Shown here: one piece after another, positions 1 to 11,600 of the stretch
Layout: each line of letters starts with the position of its first letter
How positions within the stretch are numbered: the stretch's first letter is position 1
NCBI GenBank assembly: GCA_027923505.1
Contig: BROI01000001.1
Location: forward strand, 62,001 to 126,000
Length of the DNA: 64,000 nt
Reading direction: 5' to 3'
Source of the DNA: Mayamaea pseudoterrestris
Taxonomy: Eukaryota
Made by a program: the position numbers and the translations under genes
The notes under the pieces: generated by a model
The model's input: only the letters and a program-made list of their open reading frames with translations
What the model was told of the DNA's origin: nothing
The model's database searches: none

Positions 1-1
1 A

Positions 2-691
2 ACCAAAAATTTCGTTGAGATTGAACTCCCCTTTGGAGGATCACTCAAGGACGTTCTCGTCTTTACATCAGACGACGCCACGGCTGTCACCGAATGTTTC
101 TCCATCTCCGATTCCAGTTCATTGAGCGCGGACGAATCCATTTCACCTCGATGCGTCCATTTCGACATGGATGCCAATATCTCCTATCTTCCATCGTCTC
201 CAAAGACTTCCGATGAAAGGGATGCGGCATGGTATACTAAAGCTGAATACAAGGTTTTTCGAAGACAGGCGCACGTGATTGCGGGTGAGATTTCTGTCAT
301 TGAGCAGCATAACATTGCCTTCAACTCCTACGAACGCACCATCACCCGCATCCACAAAGCGTGCGAGCTGACCGCCTACACGGACCAACAAATTATAAGT
401 TACTTGAGTGCAGTCGACCGCAGACACTTGCACAGTTTGATGGAGACGGTGCCGTTTCGTCACGGACTCGAAAAGTGGTCACTGCCGACACTTTCCAACT
501 TGCGCAGCTTGCAGCGTCTCGAGCTACAGAGCACCATCATTGACTTGCAAAAGTACTTGTGCAAGGATGAGGACTATCACGAGACACTGCGATCCAACAG
601 TGAGCGACTGTCGAAACCCGCGCAGCTCTTTTCGCACTACATGGCGGAAAGCCTTGCGCACGCTGAAGAAACTGCAAAGATTATGATTTGA
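2..691 (+). CDS. Hypothetical protein, 5'-partial (frame is open from the window edge)
   Basis: The frame of ORF 122..691 has no stop from nt 2, so the TTG start in the track is unlikely and the true start lies upstream of the window. The pattern 'VHFD...WYTKAEYKVFR...GLE' resembles uncharacterised diatom proteins (recall, not searched). Stop TGA at 689-691. Confidence 0.7.
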   Translation, partial: TKNFVEIELPFGGSLKDVLVFTSDDATAVTECFSISDSSSLSADESISPRCVHFDMDANISYLPSSPKTSDERDAAWYTKAEYKVFRRQAHVIAGEISVIEQHNIAFNSYERTITRIHKACELTAYTDQQIISYLSAVDRRHLHSLMETVPFRHGLEKWSLPTLSNLRSLQRLELQSTIIDLQKYLCKDEDYHETLRSNSERLSKPAQLFSHYMAESLAHAEETAKIMI

Positions 692-1255
692 GGCGATTGG
701 AAGATTACACGCAGCATAAATACATTGTACATAAAGTTTGGATTTCATTTATAAAACACTTCATTCTTGTTAAACGTATACTATACCTGTCACAGTTCGT
801 GGGCGCCGTAGCCGCGTTTGAACCCCACCGCTTGAGTCATACCGCAAGCATAATATATATGCCAAGTACAAGCAGTACCGCTTTCACACAAATGTCGACA
901 GGTTCATCAAAATGAGATAGTTTCTGGTGTGAAAGGACAAGTCGGGCATATAATATGGCCATATTCTGCCCGATCAGTCCATCGCATGACCACTTTAGAT
1001 TAGCATCAAGATTTGGTTCATTGGCGACAATGTCATCGAGTCTTCAAGGGCGAAGACTAGTAAAAGTATCACGATCCTCCATGTTCACTTGCTTCGCCGG
1101 CAAAAATGATGCATAGCTGCGTCGTCGCGGGGAACTTACAGTTAGGAGGCTACAAGCGAGAGTGAAAACCAGCATCGCACCGTAACTCATCATGCACGCC
1201 GAAATCGCGTCGTCACCATGGCGACTTTCCTTGCACTATTTCACCGTTGCCGACC

Positions 1256-4200
1256 ATGAACAAGCAAGCCACATCAAAGGAACCAATATCAGTCAAGACT
1301 CTGACAGCCTCTTGTCTCACTATCCATAAAGAAAATAAACGAATCAAATACTTCCAAGCATTGGAATTGAGCCAACCAATCAATGAACATTTTCACGTAA
1401 AGCGCAACGTTTTGATCGGCGACTTGGTTGTATATTCCACTCCAGACGGACATGCGGCCGCCAAGTGCTCTGGAAAGGTAAAGATTGGACAAGTTCTTGC
1501 CTTGCTGGAGGAAAAGGATCAAGCGAGTAGTCTCGCTAGTTACAAGGCGATCGTTCGACCCTTTTACTGTTTCAATCAAGTGAAACATCAACGCAAGCAG
1601 CAGCAGCAAGTCTCGCAGAATAGTCTGCTGCCAATGCTTTCCGAACAAGATGACACAAATATCCGAAAAAATGTTCGGTATCAGCAAGCCTTGTTTGAAA
1701 CGATTCAAACAGAAAGTTTCGCTCTTAATCAAGTCATTTTGAATCGAACGATTCAGCTAGTGCAGTCGACCGCCACGGGCGTGCATTCGGCAGTGCAACC
1801 CGAGCGACTGGAATTGCTGGTCTATAGCAATAGTAGTGGTATGCTAATGAACATGACTAGCAAGAAGCAGAAACTACCCAAGACGCCATTAGTGGACAAT
1901 GCTTGGTTGCTAAAATATGTGTGCGCGAATCAAATTGATGCAAACGGAAACTTGACGCAGACTCTTGACTGGACCAACTATACCGGCTGGAGTAACAATG
2001 CAAACATTTCGCGGCCATTTCAACGAGGGCTTGATTGCTTGAACGACCAGACTCTGGTTCGCGCGAGTTTGGAACAAGTCGACAAGCTGCTGCAGCCATT
2101 CTTGTCGCGCGACCGGTGTTTCGTGGCCTTGCTGCATGACGAACATGACAGCGAAGCGGAAGCAGAGACGCAGCCGGCAAGGCCGGCGGATCGTAAACGA
2201 AAGGCAAGGCTTGGTCATGCTGAAACGAGTGAGGTAGACGATGATGATAATGACACGGAATGTTTGATTGGCGACGATGCAAGTGGCGGAGAATCAGCAA
2301 TTCGCGTCTCGAGGAAACGAAAAGGGGCACGCTCAAAAAAGGCAGCTCCCAGCAAGAAGCCGAAGAAGGCAAAGACAGCTGCCACGAAACGTTCAAAAGT
2401 TGTTGAAACGAGAGAGTCCGATATTGAAACCAACACTGCCGACTGCAGCAGTGCGCAGAGATCCACGGTGCAAGTGACGCCGCTCGTTGACTCTTGCTAC
2501 ACTCTTTTAGCTCGGGCGCAAGGCAAGAACAACAGCAGCAAGAAGAAGTCTCTCCATTTTTACACGCACCTTCAACTATCCATAGACAAATTTGCTCTTG
2601 ACACGTCGATTCGTCGAAAAGCCGCAAAAGATTGGGTTGTTTCCGTAGGCGATGTGATTTGCGTAAGCTGCGCGGAAGCTGCCGACACAAAACTTTCGGG
2701 AAAACCTTTGCATGCAACAAACCAGTGGTTTCCGTTTACAGTGCCATGGTCTGCTGCTCAGGTTCTATCGATTTACAGGATTGATGGTGATGATAGTAAC
2801 CAAGATGGGACGATTCCATTCTTCATGGAGCTCCGTTGGTTTTACCGACCGAGTGAACTTGACTCTGACATTATTGACAACTTGACCCCCGACATTCACA
2901 AGGACTTGTTTGGCAATACTGTCGAAGCGGCGCGCATGATGATTGAAGTGGACGAGCATGTTACCGAGGCATCCGTCGAGTCTGCCCTGGGAATGGTAAT
3001 TACGACTGGCAAAAGAAAGAACAATGCCAAATGGAAAGAGTTTCTGTCGAGCGACAATGTACCACAGATTCACTTGTTGATCCAGTACGCTTATTTGATG
3101 CAATTTGATGAAAAAACGGTGAGACCGACTAGTGATTGGATTACCTTTGGGGATTTCATGGATGGCCCACTTAACGTAGTCTTGAAATGCGAAAAAGGAT
3201 GGCCGGGCCGTAAAGAGTCGAAGCGACTACGCAAGCTGTATAAGACGTTTATAATGAAAAAGTACAATTTGCATGGTGAAAATATAAAGGCGCGCAATCT
3301 GAAAGATACGTCGCTTGCTGACGAAGTAGATGAACGAAGTCGCACCAAGCAATTTACTTGTTGGTCGAAGGAATTGCTCAATGACAGTGAATTGTCAATG
3401 TCAACCGAATCTGCAACTGTTCTACATAGTGCTGATATCGGACACGGCAAGCAACGCCAATTTCTGCACTCCATCTTTCTTCCTGTGGTGCGAAAGCGCT
3501 GCGACCCGCGAGCTACAGCGAGTAAAGCAGCGGCGGAGCAGTATTGGAACTTGAAAATTGGTAACTTTGTGTGCATGATTGACGAGGATGCAATTTGCGA
3601 ACCAGATGCTGCTACTAGCCGAAATCCATGGTTTCCTTTTCTGGGACCTTGGAATGTCTGTCAAGTACTTTGTATATACAGCGATAAATCGCGACGGGGT
3701 GCAGCATCAGTACCGATGCTGGAAGTGCGTCGCTTCTTGCGCAGGAACAATTTACCATCCCACATTCAGTCATGGATGCCACCGCGCACTGACCTCGAGC
3801 GTGAATTCTGTTTTGAAACCAATTCTGTGGAAGTTGGCGTTTTAGCGTCGCGAGTTTTAGGACGTGCTGAGCTTTTTCTTGGCCAACATAACGATTCGGC
3901 AGCAGGATATGCGGAGGATCATGCTCAGGTGCCGAGCCGAGCGTGCCGTTGCGCCTTCTTTTACGACGAACCTCGGGCACGTTTTCAGCCGCTTTTTTGT
4001 GCATCAAAAACTCCTGCGGGTTGGCTTTCCATGATGCACAAGCGAGGCTTCAGCGCCTCATCGCTTATCCAAAGTGATGCAGTCTTGATGCAGCAAATAA
4101 TGATTAAGCTGGAATCCGAGAAGAAATGTTCGTTTGACGAGATGCTTGTAAGCGATCACAAAAACGGGCCGGCTTCTGTCGCTGCTCCCCTCGAGCTTGC

Positions 4201-6865
4201 ATTTGATACGCCGCATTTTATCTCCTTGCCGCTACATCCGGAGTGGCCTGCATATGTTGCAGCAGAACAATATTGTTCTCAAGAGGATAGAGATGGTCTG
4301 GTGTGGTTCGCCCACATCGGTGATGTTGTCGCTGTCAGGACGTTGGGCGACGACTTGCAACAACCTGATTATCCATTTACCGTTCCATGGAAGGCGGGGC
4401 AGGTTTTATCAATATCTCTGACGCAAGAAAGTATCTATATGGTGGAATTTCTCTGGCTAGAGCGACGGTGCGCAGGTGTCGATGAAGAATCTCTTGACTG
4501 CCTTGCCCCGTCGGAAGCGATGATGACATGCGAGGTGCCTGCGACGGACATTCTCGCGCCAATTACTATCTTCGGCGACACTTCGGTTTGCAATCAATGG
4601 AATTCTGTTTATCCTTTCCTTCCAGTTGTTCCTGTCAGATACGAATTGGTCGATGCGTCGAGTCGGACTCCCACAAACCAAGCGTTGATGGCACTTCTCG
4701 CTCGTGGACTCGCTTTATCGTCCCATTACAACCAGGAAAAAGCCTTAGCGATTATCAGTCTACTTGAAGATATAAAGCAGAAGCAAAACGATTTTTTGCA
4801 GGCCATGCCAACGACATTTGGTAGCCCGCTGAGATTCAAAAGTACCGTCTCCGATTGTTCTGTCGTGTCTCCTGCGACCGAGGTTACTTCGGTGGTCCAC
4901 GTCAATAGCCCTGCCTTTCACGCTGATAAATCATCTTCCATCCAGTTCTTCAAGACCATAAATGTGACTGTCCCTGCGGAGGCATTGCCATTTCACGAGG
5001 GAAATGTAAGAAACACGCCATGGAGAATCAACGTCGGCGACGTTGTCGTTTTGCAGTTTTCCACAGGGGGACGGCGTGTGAAAATGGTACACTGTGAGCC
5101 ATTTTCTGTGCCCTGGGGCGTTGCGGAAATTGTCACTATGTTTACGCGACCTAACGCCAATAATGAAAGGAATGACGTCCTGTTAGAGATCCGCTGGTTT
5201 TATCGGCTGGAAGATATTCCTGGTTCAGAACGTCGGAAGGTGGAGGAGTGTGAGTCAATTTTAGACGAAGTGTTTGAGAGCGATCATTATGATGAAGTGC
5301 CATCCAAAAGCCTTCTTGCACCCGCAAAGCTTATTTATCAAGATGATCAAGTCGACGATTTGATTGCAACGGAAACACGCTTTGTTTTCATTTGCCGAAG
5401 CTTTTGGTCGCAAAAGAACAAGTCCATCGTGCCCGCAGGCGGTTTGAAAGGCCGCATTGATAGAGGACAGCGGTTTTCAAAGTTCTATTCGCAGCTCGGA
5501 TCCCTGTCGAATAATGCTCACGCTAAAGTCCCGGCACCTGCTTCGGATATGGGTTCTCAATTCATTACCAGCGCCTTTCAACGAGTAATTGAAAAGCTTT
5601 CTTTGACTGACGCATCCAAGGAAGCCACTGACGACGGCGATGGACTTGTTGGACGAGAAAAAGAACGCAACGCAATCAAATCCTTTTTGCGATTAGCCAT
5701 TATCGGTCGCATAAACGATAAGCGCCCCTCTATCTTTATCGCTGGGCCGCCAGGTGTCGGGAAGACTGCCTGCGTGCGAGCCGTCATTAACGATTTGCAA
5801 CGAGAACAAGTCGCTGGAGAATTGCCTGCGTTTCATTTCATTACAATGAATGGCATGGAGATGCGACATCCTCTCGAATTTTACGCTCGTTTTTTGGAGC
5901 TTTTGACAGGCGATCGAGGTGGTTTGGCTGCTAAGGCAGCATCGCAGCGGCTTGACAATTACTTTGGTAAATCAGAAGGCGGCGACTCAAGCACGACTGT
6001 TCTACTGGTAGACGAAATCGATTATCTGGTTACGAAGGATCAAAGTGTCATTTATAGCTTGTTTGACTGGCCGGCAAGGTCAGCTGAGATTGCCTGTCCG
6101 CGAAGGCTTGTATTAATTGGTATTTCAAACACGCTTAACCTTCCCGAGCAGATGCATCCGCGCGTTCAGTCTCGGCTCGGTGCTCATCGATGCCCTTTCC
6201 GAGCATATGGCATTCCGGAAGCTGCCAATATTCTTCGTACCAAAATTACCCGAGCGTCGCCGCACTACGACGTTTTCAAACAAGACTGCATTGATTTTGC
6301 AGCCAAGAAAACAGCTACCATGAGCGGCGACATTCGCAAAGCATTGACAATTTGCCGGACAGCTGCTGAATCAGTTTTGGATGAGATTGAAAGCGGCAAG
6401 AATACGCAGGAGAAACCGCAAGTTGTTCTGAAACACTTGTTCAGTGTGACGGCGAGTGCATTCAACTCCCCACAAGCGCATCGAATCCATGCCTTGGCGG
6501 ATTTTGAAATACTGGTTGTAGTAGCTCTGGCATCGTTGAGCAAGAGCACTGGACGCGAGCAGGGCGGATTTGACGTGGAGGAAGTAATGACCAAGATGCA
6601 GGCAATGGCCAACGGCATGGGGGATGTTCGATATACTCCGTCGCTGTCTTTGATGGAGACGCTCCAAGTTTTGAGCCAACTGGGCGCTGCACAACTGGTG
6701 TCCTTGCAAACGCCGCGTAATGTGAGCGTGAGTTACCGCGCTGCCATGGCCGGGAGTGGCGGCGCCTGGCCACTGGTTGCTTTGCTGGTAGACGCAAACG
6801 CCTTGTGGCTGACTTTGAAGAACGGGCCACACGAGGCGCTTGTAAAGAAGTACTTGAAGCGGTAG
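1256..6865 (+). CDS. ORC1: Origin recognition complex subunit 1 (ORC1/CDC6 family AAA+ ATPase) with tandem BAH-like repeats
   Basis: Intronless ORF with first ATG at 1256. The C-terminal AAA+ domain has 'LVGREKE', Walker A GPPGVGKT (5744-5767), 'NGMEM', Walker B LLVDEIDYL, 'YSLFDW', 'IGISNTLNLPE', 'RVQSRLG' and 'SGDIRKAL.ICR', followed by a winged-helix-sized tail. BAH-like motifs such as 'LEIRWFYR...EVFESDHYD' favour ORC1 over CDC6. A Lys/Arg-rich NLS-like stretch lies at about 2190-2400. Confidence 0.85.
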   Translation: MNKQATSKEPISVKTLTASCLTIHKENKRIKYFQALELSQPINEHFHVKRNVLIGDLVVYSTPDGHAAAKCSGKVKIGQVLALLEEKDQASSLASYKAIVRPFYCFNQVKHQRKQQQQVSQNSLLPMLSEQDDTNIRKNVRYQQALFETIQTESFALNQVILNRTIQLVQSTATGVHSAVQPERLELLVYSNSSGMLMNMTSKKQKLPKTPLVDNAWLLKYVCANQIDANGNLTQTLDWTNYTGWSNNANISRPFQRGLDCLNDQTLVRASLEQVDKLLQPFLSRDRCFVALLHDEHDSEAEAETQPARPADRKRKARLGHAETSEVDDDDNDTECLIGDDASGGESAIRVSRKRKGARSKKAAPSKKPKKAKTAATKRSKVVETRESDIETNTADCSSAQRSTVQVTPLVDSCYTLLARAQGKNNSSKKKSLHFYTHLQLSIDKFALDTSIRRKAAKDWVVSVGDVICVSCAEAADTKLSGKPLHATNQWFPFTVPWSAAQVLSIYRIDGDDSNQDGTIPFFMELRWFYRPSELDSDIIDNLTPDIHKDLFGNTVEAARMMIEVDEHVTEASVESALGMVITTGKRKNNAKWKEFLSSDNVPQIHLLIQYAYLMQFDEKTVRPTSDWITFGDFMDGPLNVVLKCEKGWPGRKESKRLRKLYKTFIMKKYNLHGENIKARNLKDTSLADEVDERSRTKQFTCWSKELLNDSELSMSTESATVLHSADIGHGKQRQFLHSIFLPVVRKRCDPRATASKAAAEQYWNLKIGNFVCMIDEDAICEPDAATSRNPWFPFLGPWNVCQVLCIYSDKSRRGAASVPMLEVRRFLRRNNLPSHIQSWMPPRTDLEREFCFETNSVEVGVLASRVLGRAELFLGQHNDSAAGYAEDHAQVPSRACRCAFFYDEPRARFQPLFCASKTPAGWLSMMHKRGFSASSLIQSDAVLMQQIMIKLESEKKCSFDEMLVSDHKNGPASVAAPLELAFDTPHFISLPLHPEWPAYVAAEQYCSQEDRDGLVWFAHIGDVVAVRTLGDDLQQPDYPFTVPWKAGQVLSISLTQESIYMVEFLWLERRCAGVDEESLDCLAPSEAMMTCEVPATDILAPITIFGDTSVCNQWNSVYPFLPVVPVRYELVDASSRTPTNQALMALLARGLALSSHYNQEKALAIISLLEDIKQKQNDFLQAMPTTFGSPLRFKSTVSDCSVVSPATEVTSVVHVNSPAFHADKSSSIQFFKTINVTVPAEALPFHEGNVRNTPWRINVGDVVVLQFSTGGRRVKMVHCEPFSVPWGVAEIVTMFTRPNANNERNDVLLEIRWFYRLEDIPGSERRKVEECESILDEVFESDHYDEVPSKSLLAPAKLIYQDDQVDDLIATETRFVFICRSFWSQKNKSIVPAGGLKGRIDRGQRFSKFYSQLGSLSNNAHAKVPAPASDMGSQFITSAFQRVIEKLSLTDASKEATDDGDGLVGREKERNAIKSFLRLAIIGRINDKRPSIFIAGPPGVGKTACVRAVINDLQREQVAGELPAFHFITMNGMEMRHPLEFYARFLELLTGDRGGLAAKAASQRLDNYFGKSEGGDSSTTVLLVDEIDYLVTKDQSVIYSLFDWPARSAEIACPRRLVLIGISNTLNLPEQMHPRVQSRLGAHRCPFRAYGIPEAANILRTKITRASPHYDVFKQDCIDFAAKKTATMSGDIRKALTICRTAAESVLDEIESGKNTQEKPQVVLKHLFSVTASAFNSPQAHRIHALADFEILVVVALASLSKSTGREQGGFDVEEVMTKMQAMANGMGDVRYTPSLSLMETLQVLSQLGAAQLVSLQTPRNVSVSYRAAMAGSGGAWPLVALLVDANALWLTLKNGPHEALVKKYLKR

Positions 6866-8630
6866 TAAGATTGTCTGAAAGAAATTCAGTAAATGCCGAA
6901 TAACTTACCGGCGACTCCCCGCCAAGCATGCTTCTTCCCAGCGAATACTATAAAGTATCATTTACAATCTCATGAGTAATTGGAAGTGTTTTAAGAGTTG
7001 GAGTTTCGAGTGCTTGCTGTCGAATGCGAATAATGAGCCCGGCAACTGCGGTACGCATGGACGAGCAGACGGATAGAAAATCAAAAAAATGTAAAGCAGG
7101 ATAACGAGTAATACTGCAATACGGTATACTGTGCTTCAGTAGAGCTTGTCCGTAATTTTATTGTCCCTACCGAATGCTGCTAAACTTTCGTTGGCAAAAA
7201 TCGCATCAAACGATTCCGTCATCAACACCCATTCAAGTAAAGCAGCACATACATGTTCAATGAGACGCAGATGAATCATTCATTGTGCGTGAATTAAATT
7301 GTCGTATGGTAGCTTGCATCGAACTATACCGCTTTTGTATGTACGTGCCATAAGCGTGAGCCATGCATGCAACGATATTGTGTAGGTAAACATATGCGTA
7401 AGGTCGTGGCGTAGCATGCATTCAGCTGCGTGCATGTCCTCGACATGCAATATCTCGTCAGTATATAACAAGAACTTTAAAAAACTCTTGTCAATGTCGC
7501 AGGAAAGGAGAAGCTGCCTGATTGTCGCATGGACCAGTGAAACATCATGTTGTCAAGTCAGTACGTCTCGAAGGAAGATTTGCTTGACTTGCGTGCGCGC
7601 ACGAGCTGAGAACCATGGATCACTCGCGGGCACTCGCATCTACTATGGCTCAAGTCGCAAGCAAAAAAAAAGCGAATGTTTGTTTCGTAGTATGCCATGA
7701 CTGTTGCAGGCGCGAAAAGGTGCCGCACCTTAGCAAACGACGGCAAGCAGGCAGTAAAACATTTTGGCGCTCTCGAATGTAACAAGCGCCTTGACACTGA
7801 ACGCTCATGACTTTAAGCAAAGGAGTTTGCGTCTTGTATGTTTCTCTAAAGATTGTTGAGCTGCGTCGAGACGCAAAAGCTGGACGACTGGCTGCTTTCA
7901 TGCCAGACGCAGGACGCGCCGTACGAGTTGCTCGTCGATATCCTCGCTCGTCGTCTTGCTCAATCACGCATCGCACTTTCTTTCCTCTTGCTCTAATGCA
8001 CTAATGGAGACTCCATTTGAAGTCGTTAGCAGTAGTTCTTGGTACGGAGGCCGTGCTTGTGACTTGGGGGTGTTGCTGGTTGATGGCAATGGATGCTTTG
8101 TCGAATTCACACGTCGCAACGCATATCTTTGAGATAACCGCTACGACATAAGCTATCATCCTTACCGGTGCCGCACGCCATGACAGTGAGTTTGCGAACT
8201 TGCAGTCGTCTCGCTTGTCAGCCGATAGCATGGGAACGATAAATCAGCGGAGTGAAGAAACTCGTATAGTGCTTTGTTAGAAACAAGCGGCGGCAGAGAG
8301 AAAATGATGGATCGAATGCTTTGGCAGAAATTGCTTTGATGCAAACTGCCTCTGATGATGTACAAATTGTTCATCTTGGAGTGCAGCAATAATCTTTCTT
8401 CACTACTCGAGGAGGGACATGCATACGCAATGGATCTTAACAAGAGGAGAACGAAACGAGCAAGCTTGTGCGAGCCATGCACTTGCGCACGAAACAAACA
8501 CGATGAAGCGGCGAGTGTTGCTACTAAAAAGTAAGTGCTTCAAGGTTAAGCAATTGTTGCGTTTGCGCCTATGTAGCACAACACTAAAAGCCAAATGTCA
8601 AGAAGTAAACTATATAGTCTCGTTTATGGT

Positions 8631-11600
8631 CTAGTTGTTGGTAGAGCGCTTGAGATACTCGGGTGGAATTTCAACAGGACTTGAAACCGGTGATATTTTG
8701 AAAATAGTCCTTGGCGATGCCGGCACTGGGCACGTGTAACCTCCACTTGGTGTTGGGCCAAAGGTTGCATCACCGGTTGGCGAGCTGGGTGATACAGTTG
8801 GCGTACCTGGTGACAGCGTACCTGGCGATGCTGTTGGTGTGTCCGTCTCAGGTGGTGGCAACTCAGATCTATCAGGGGGTGGCAACTCAGATCTACTCAC
8901 GGTAACATACGTTGGTTCCCCGGTTGGCTCCCCAGTTGGTGAAACAGTGGGTCCACCAGTTGGTGAAGCTGCGGGAGGGCTGGTTGGACCTCCTGTTGGA
9001 GCAGTTGTGGGAGAAGCAGTTGGACCACCACTTGGGTTAGCTGTGGGAGATGTTGTTGGTCCTCCAGTTGGTGCGCCAGTAGGTGAGGCCGTGGGACCTC
9101 CAGTTGGGGTGCCAGTTGGTGAGGCAGTGGGACCTCCAGTCGGGGTTCCAGTGGGTGAGGCAGTTGGACCTCCAGATGGCAATGCTGTGGGACTTCCTGT
9201 GGGGCCTCCTGTTGGTGCCGCTGTGGGTGAAGCTGTTGGACCTCCTGTTGGCCCACTGGTTGGAGTGGCAGTTGGTCCTATAGTTGGTGAGCTTGTTGGT
9301 GAATCAGTTGGACCTCCTGTAGGTACTGATGTGGGAGCAGCAGTGGGTCCTTCTGTTGGTGAACGAGTTGGACCTCCAGTGGGTGAGTCAGTTGGTGAAG
9401 CAGTTGGTCGTCCAGTAGGAGAAACAGTTGGGGCAGAACTTGGTTTCTGTTAACCAAAGAGAAAGAGGTTTAGATTTGTACAGCTTGAAATTTTGCAGTG
9501 CTATCTAAAATATGACATACCTTTGTTGGTGACTTTGTGGTTTTCACACAGTCACAGCTCAAATTCATCTCAGTATAAGTCGCCCAACTTCCCTTGAGGT
9601 CACCATTGATTTTGTTGCCAACACTCCAAGCAGTCTGGCCATTGGTTCCATCACTGTACTGCACATGTGCATGGGCTGCAAGCTTGTATATCTTATTTGC
9701 AAAGGTGCCCCCAATCTTGCAGTCAGGGACAAGTTTAGTAGTGACAGTGTAAGTCTTGGCACATGCATCACTGATTTTTGCATTGGCAGGGAAGAGTCCA
9801 ATGTTTGGATTGCCATTTGACCCCATAGGAATTTTGTCACCAACATATGCTTGTACCTCAGTCAAGCAAAAGTCAGTCCCAGTTGTATTGTAGGTCAGCT
9901 TGACAGTGTCACTTTCACCATTGATAATCTCAGCACAAACTTTGCCAGAATTCATGTATCGCCCAGCAAGCATGTTAACACACATGGTAGTCATTGTAGG
10001 GCCACCTGGGAAGGAAGCAATGCATCCATCAACAACAGCAGTTTGTGGACCAGGTGGTGCAAAGTAAAGAAAGTCTCCATTCCAACTAGGACTCAAACTA
10101 CCAAATGGTGAAACTGTAGGTTCACTAGTTGGTGAGAAAGTAGGTGAGCCAGGAGTGACAGTTGGTACATCGGTGGGCTTAGAAGTGGGACCACCAGTAG
10201 GTGCTATAGTTGGAGATGCAGTTGGTCCACTAGTAGGAGATTTGCTTGGTCCACCAGTGGGCAAGTATGTTGGAGAGTTGGTTGGTCCGCCTGTGGGTGA
10301 AGCAGTAGGGGATTTAGTTGGACCACCAGTTGGGGATGATGTTGGAGAGGCAGTTGGCAAACTTGTTGGAGATGGCGTGGGCCCTCCTGTTGGTGCGGCG
10401 GAGGGCGAAGCAGTTGGCCCTCCAGTCGGGGAGGCTGTGGGAGAAGTTGTTGGTCCTCCAGAGGGAGAGGCTGTAGGTCCTCCAGTTGGTGAAATTGTTG
10501 GTGAGCTAGTGGGACGTCCAGTGGGTGAAGCCGTGGGCCAGGTAGTTGGTGAACTAGTTGGCGACGCTGTTGGTCCTCCTGTTGGTGCGCCAGTGGGTGA
10601 AGCTGTTGGACCACCAGTAGGAGTAGCAGTGGGACCTTCCGTTGGTGAAGCAGTAGGAACGATGGTCGGTCCTCCGCTTGGTGTAGCAGTTGGTGAGCTT
10701 GTAGGCAATGCAGTTACAGGTTTCGCCGTTGGATGGCCTGGCTCGGCAGTCGGGTGGGCAGTAGGTGAGGTAGTTGGTCCACCAGTTGGTGTATTGGTGG
10801 GTGATATGGTTGGTCCACCAGTTGGTGCGCTAGTGGGTGAAACAGTAGGTCCCCCAGTTGGGGAGGAAGTGGGAGATCTTGTTGGTCCACCAGATGGGGA
10901 GGCTGTGGGAGAAGCAGTTGGGCCACCACTTGGGGAGGCTGTGGGTGAAACTGTTGGTCTTCCAGTTGGTGAGCTGGTAGGTGAAGCAGTTGGTCCACTA
11001 GTAGGCGCGCTGGTAGGTGAAGCAGTTGGTCCGCCAGTAGGTGAGACAGTTGGCAGTTCAGTTGGAGAAGATGTGGGTGAAGCAGTAGGCCCTTCAGTTG
11101 GCGCATCAGTTGGAGAAGCAGTTGGTCCACCAGTTGGTGAAGCAGTTGGTGACGCCGTTGGACCTCCCGTTGGCGCAACACTTGGTGAACTAGTTGGACC
11201 AGAAGTTGGTGAGCTTGTAGGCAATGCAGTTACAGGTTTAGCCGTTGGATGGCCTGGCTCGGCAGTCGGGTGAGCAGTAGGTGAAGTAGTAGGTCCACCA
11301 GTTGGTGCATTGGTGGGTGATACGGTTGGAGTGCTTGTGGGTGAAGCAGTTGGTCCCCCAGTAGGGGACATTGTTGGGCTTGTGGTTGGTGAAGCAGTTG
11401 GAGAAGCTGAGGGGGAAGCAGTTGGTGAAGCTGTTGGTGAGGCTGTTGGCCCTCCAGTAGGCGAAACAGTGGGTGAAGCAGTTGGCCCTCCAGTGGGTGC
11501 AGCTGTTGGTGAAGCAGTTGGTCCACCAGATGGAGATGCTGTGGGCACACCAGTAGGTCCACCACTGGGTGAGGCTGTGGGTGAAGTGGTTGGCTCACTG

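Noticed and set aside
6900..8600. Short ORFs between ORC1 and the 9-exon gene
   Set aside because: All are under 115 aa with no motifs or consistent splice model; treated as intergenic or UTR.
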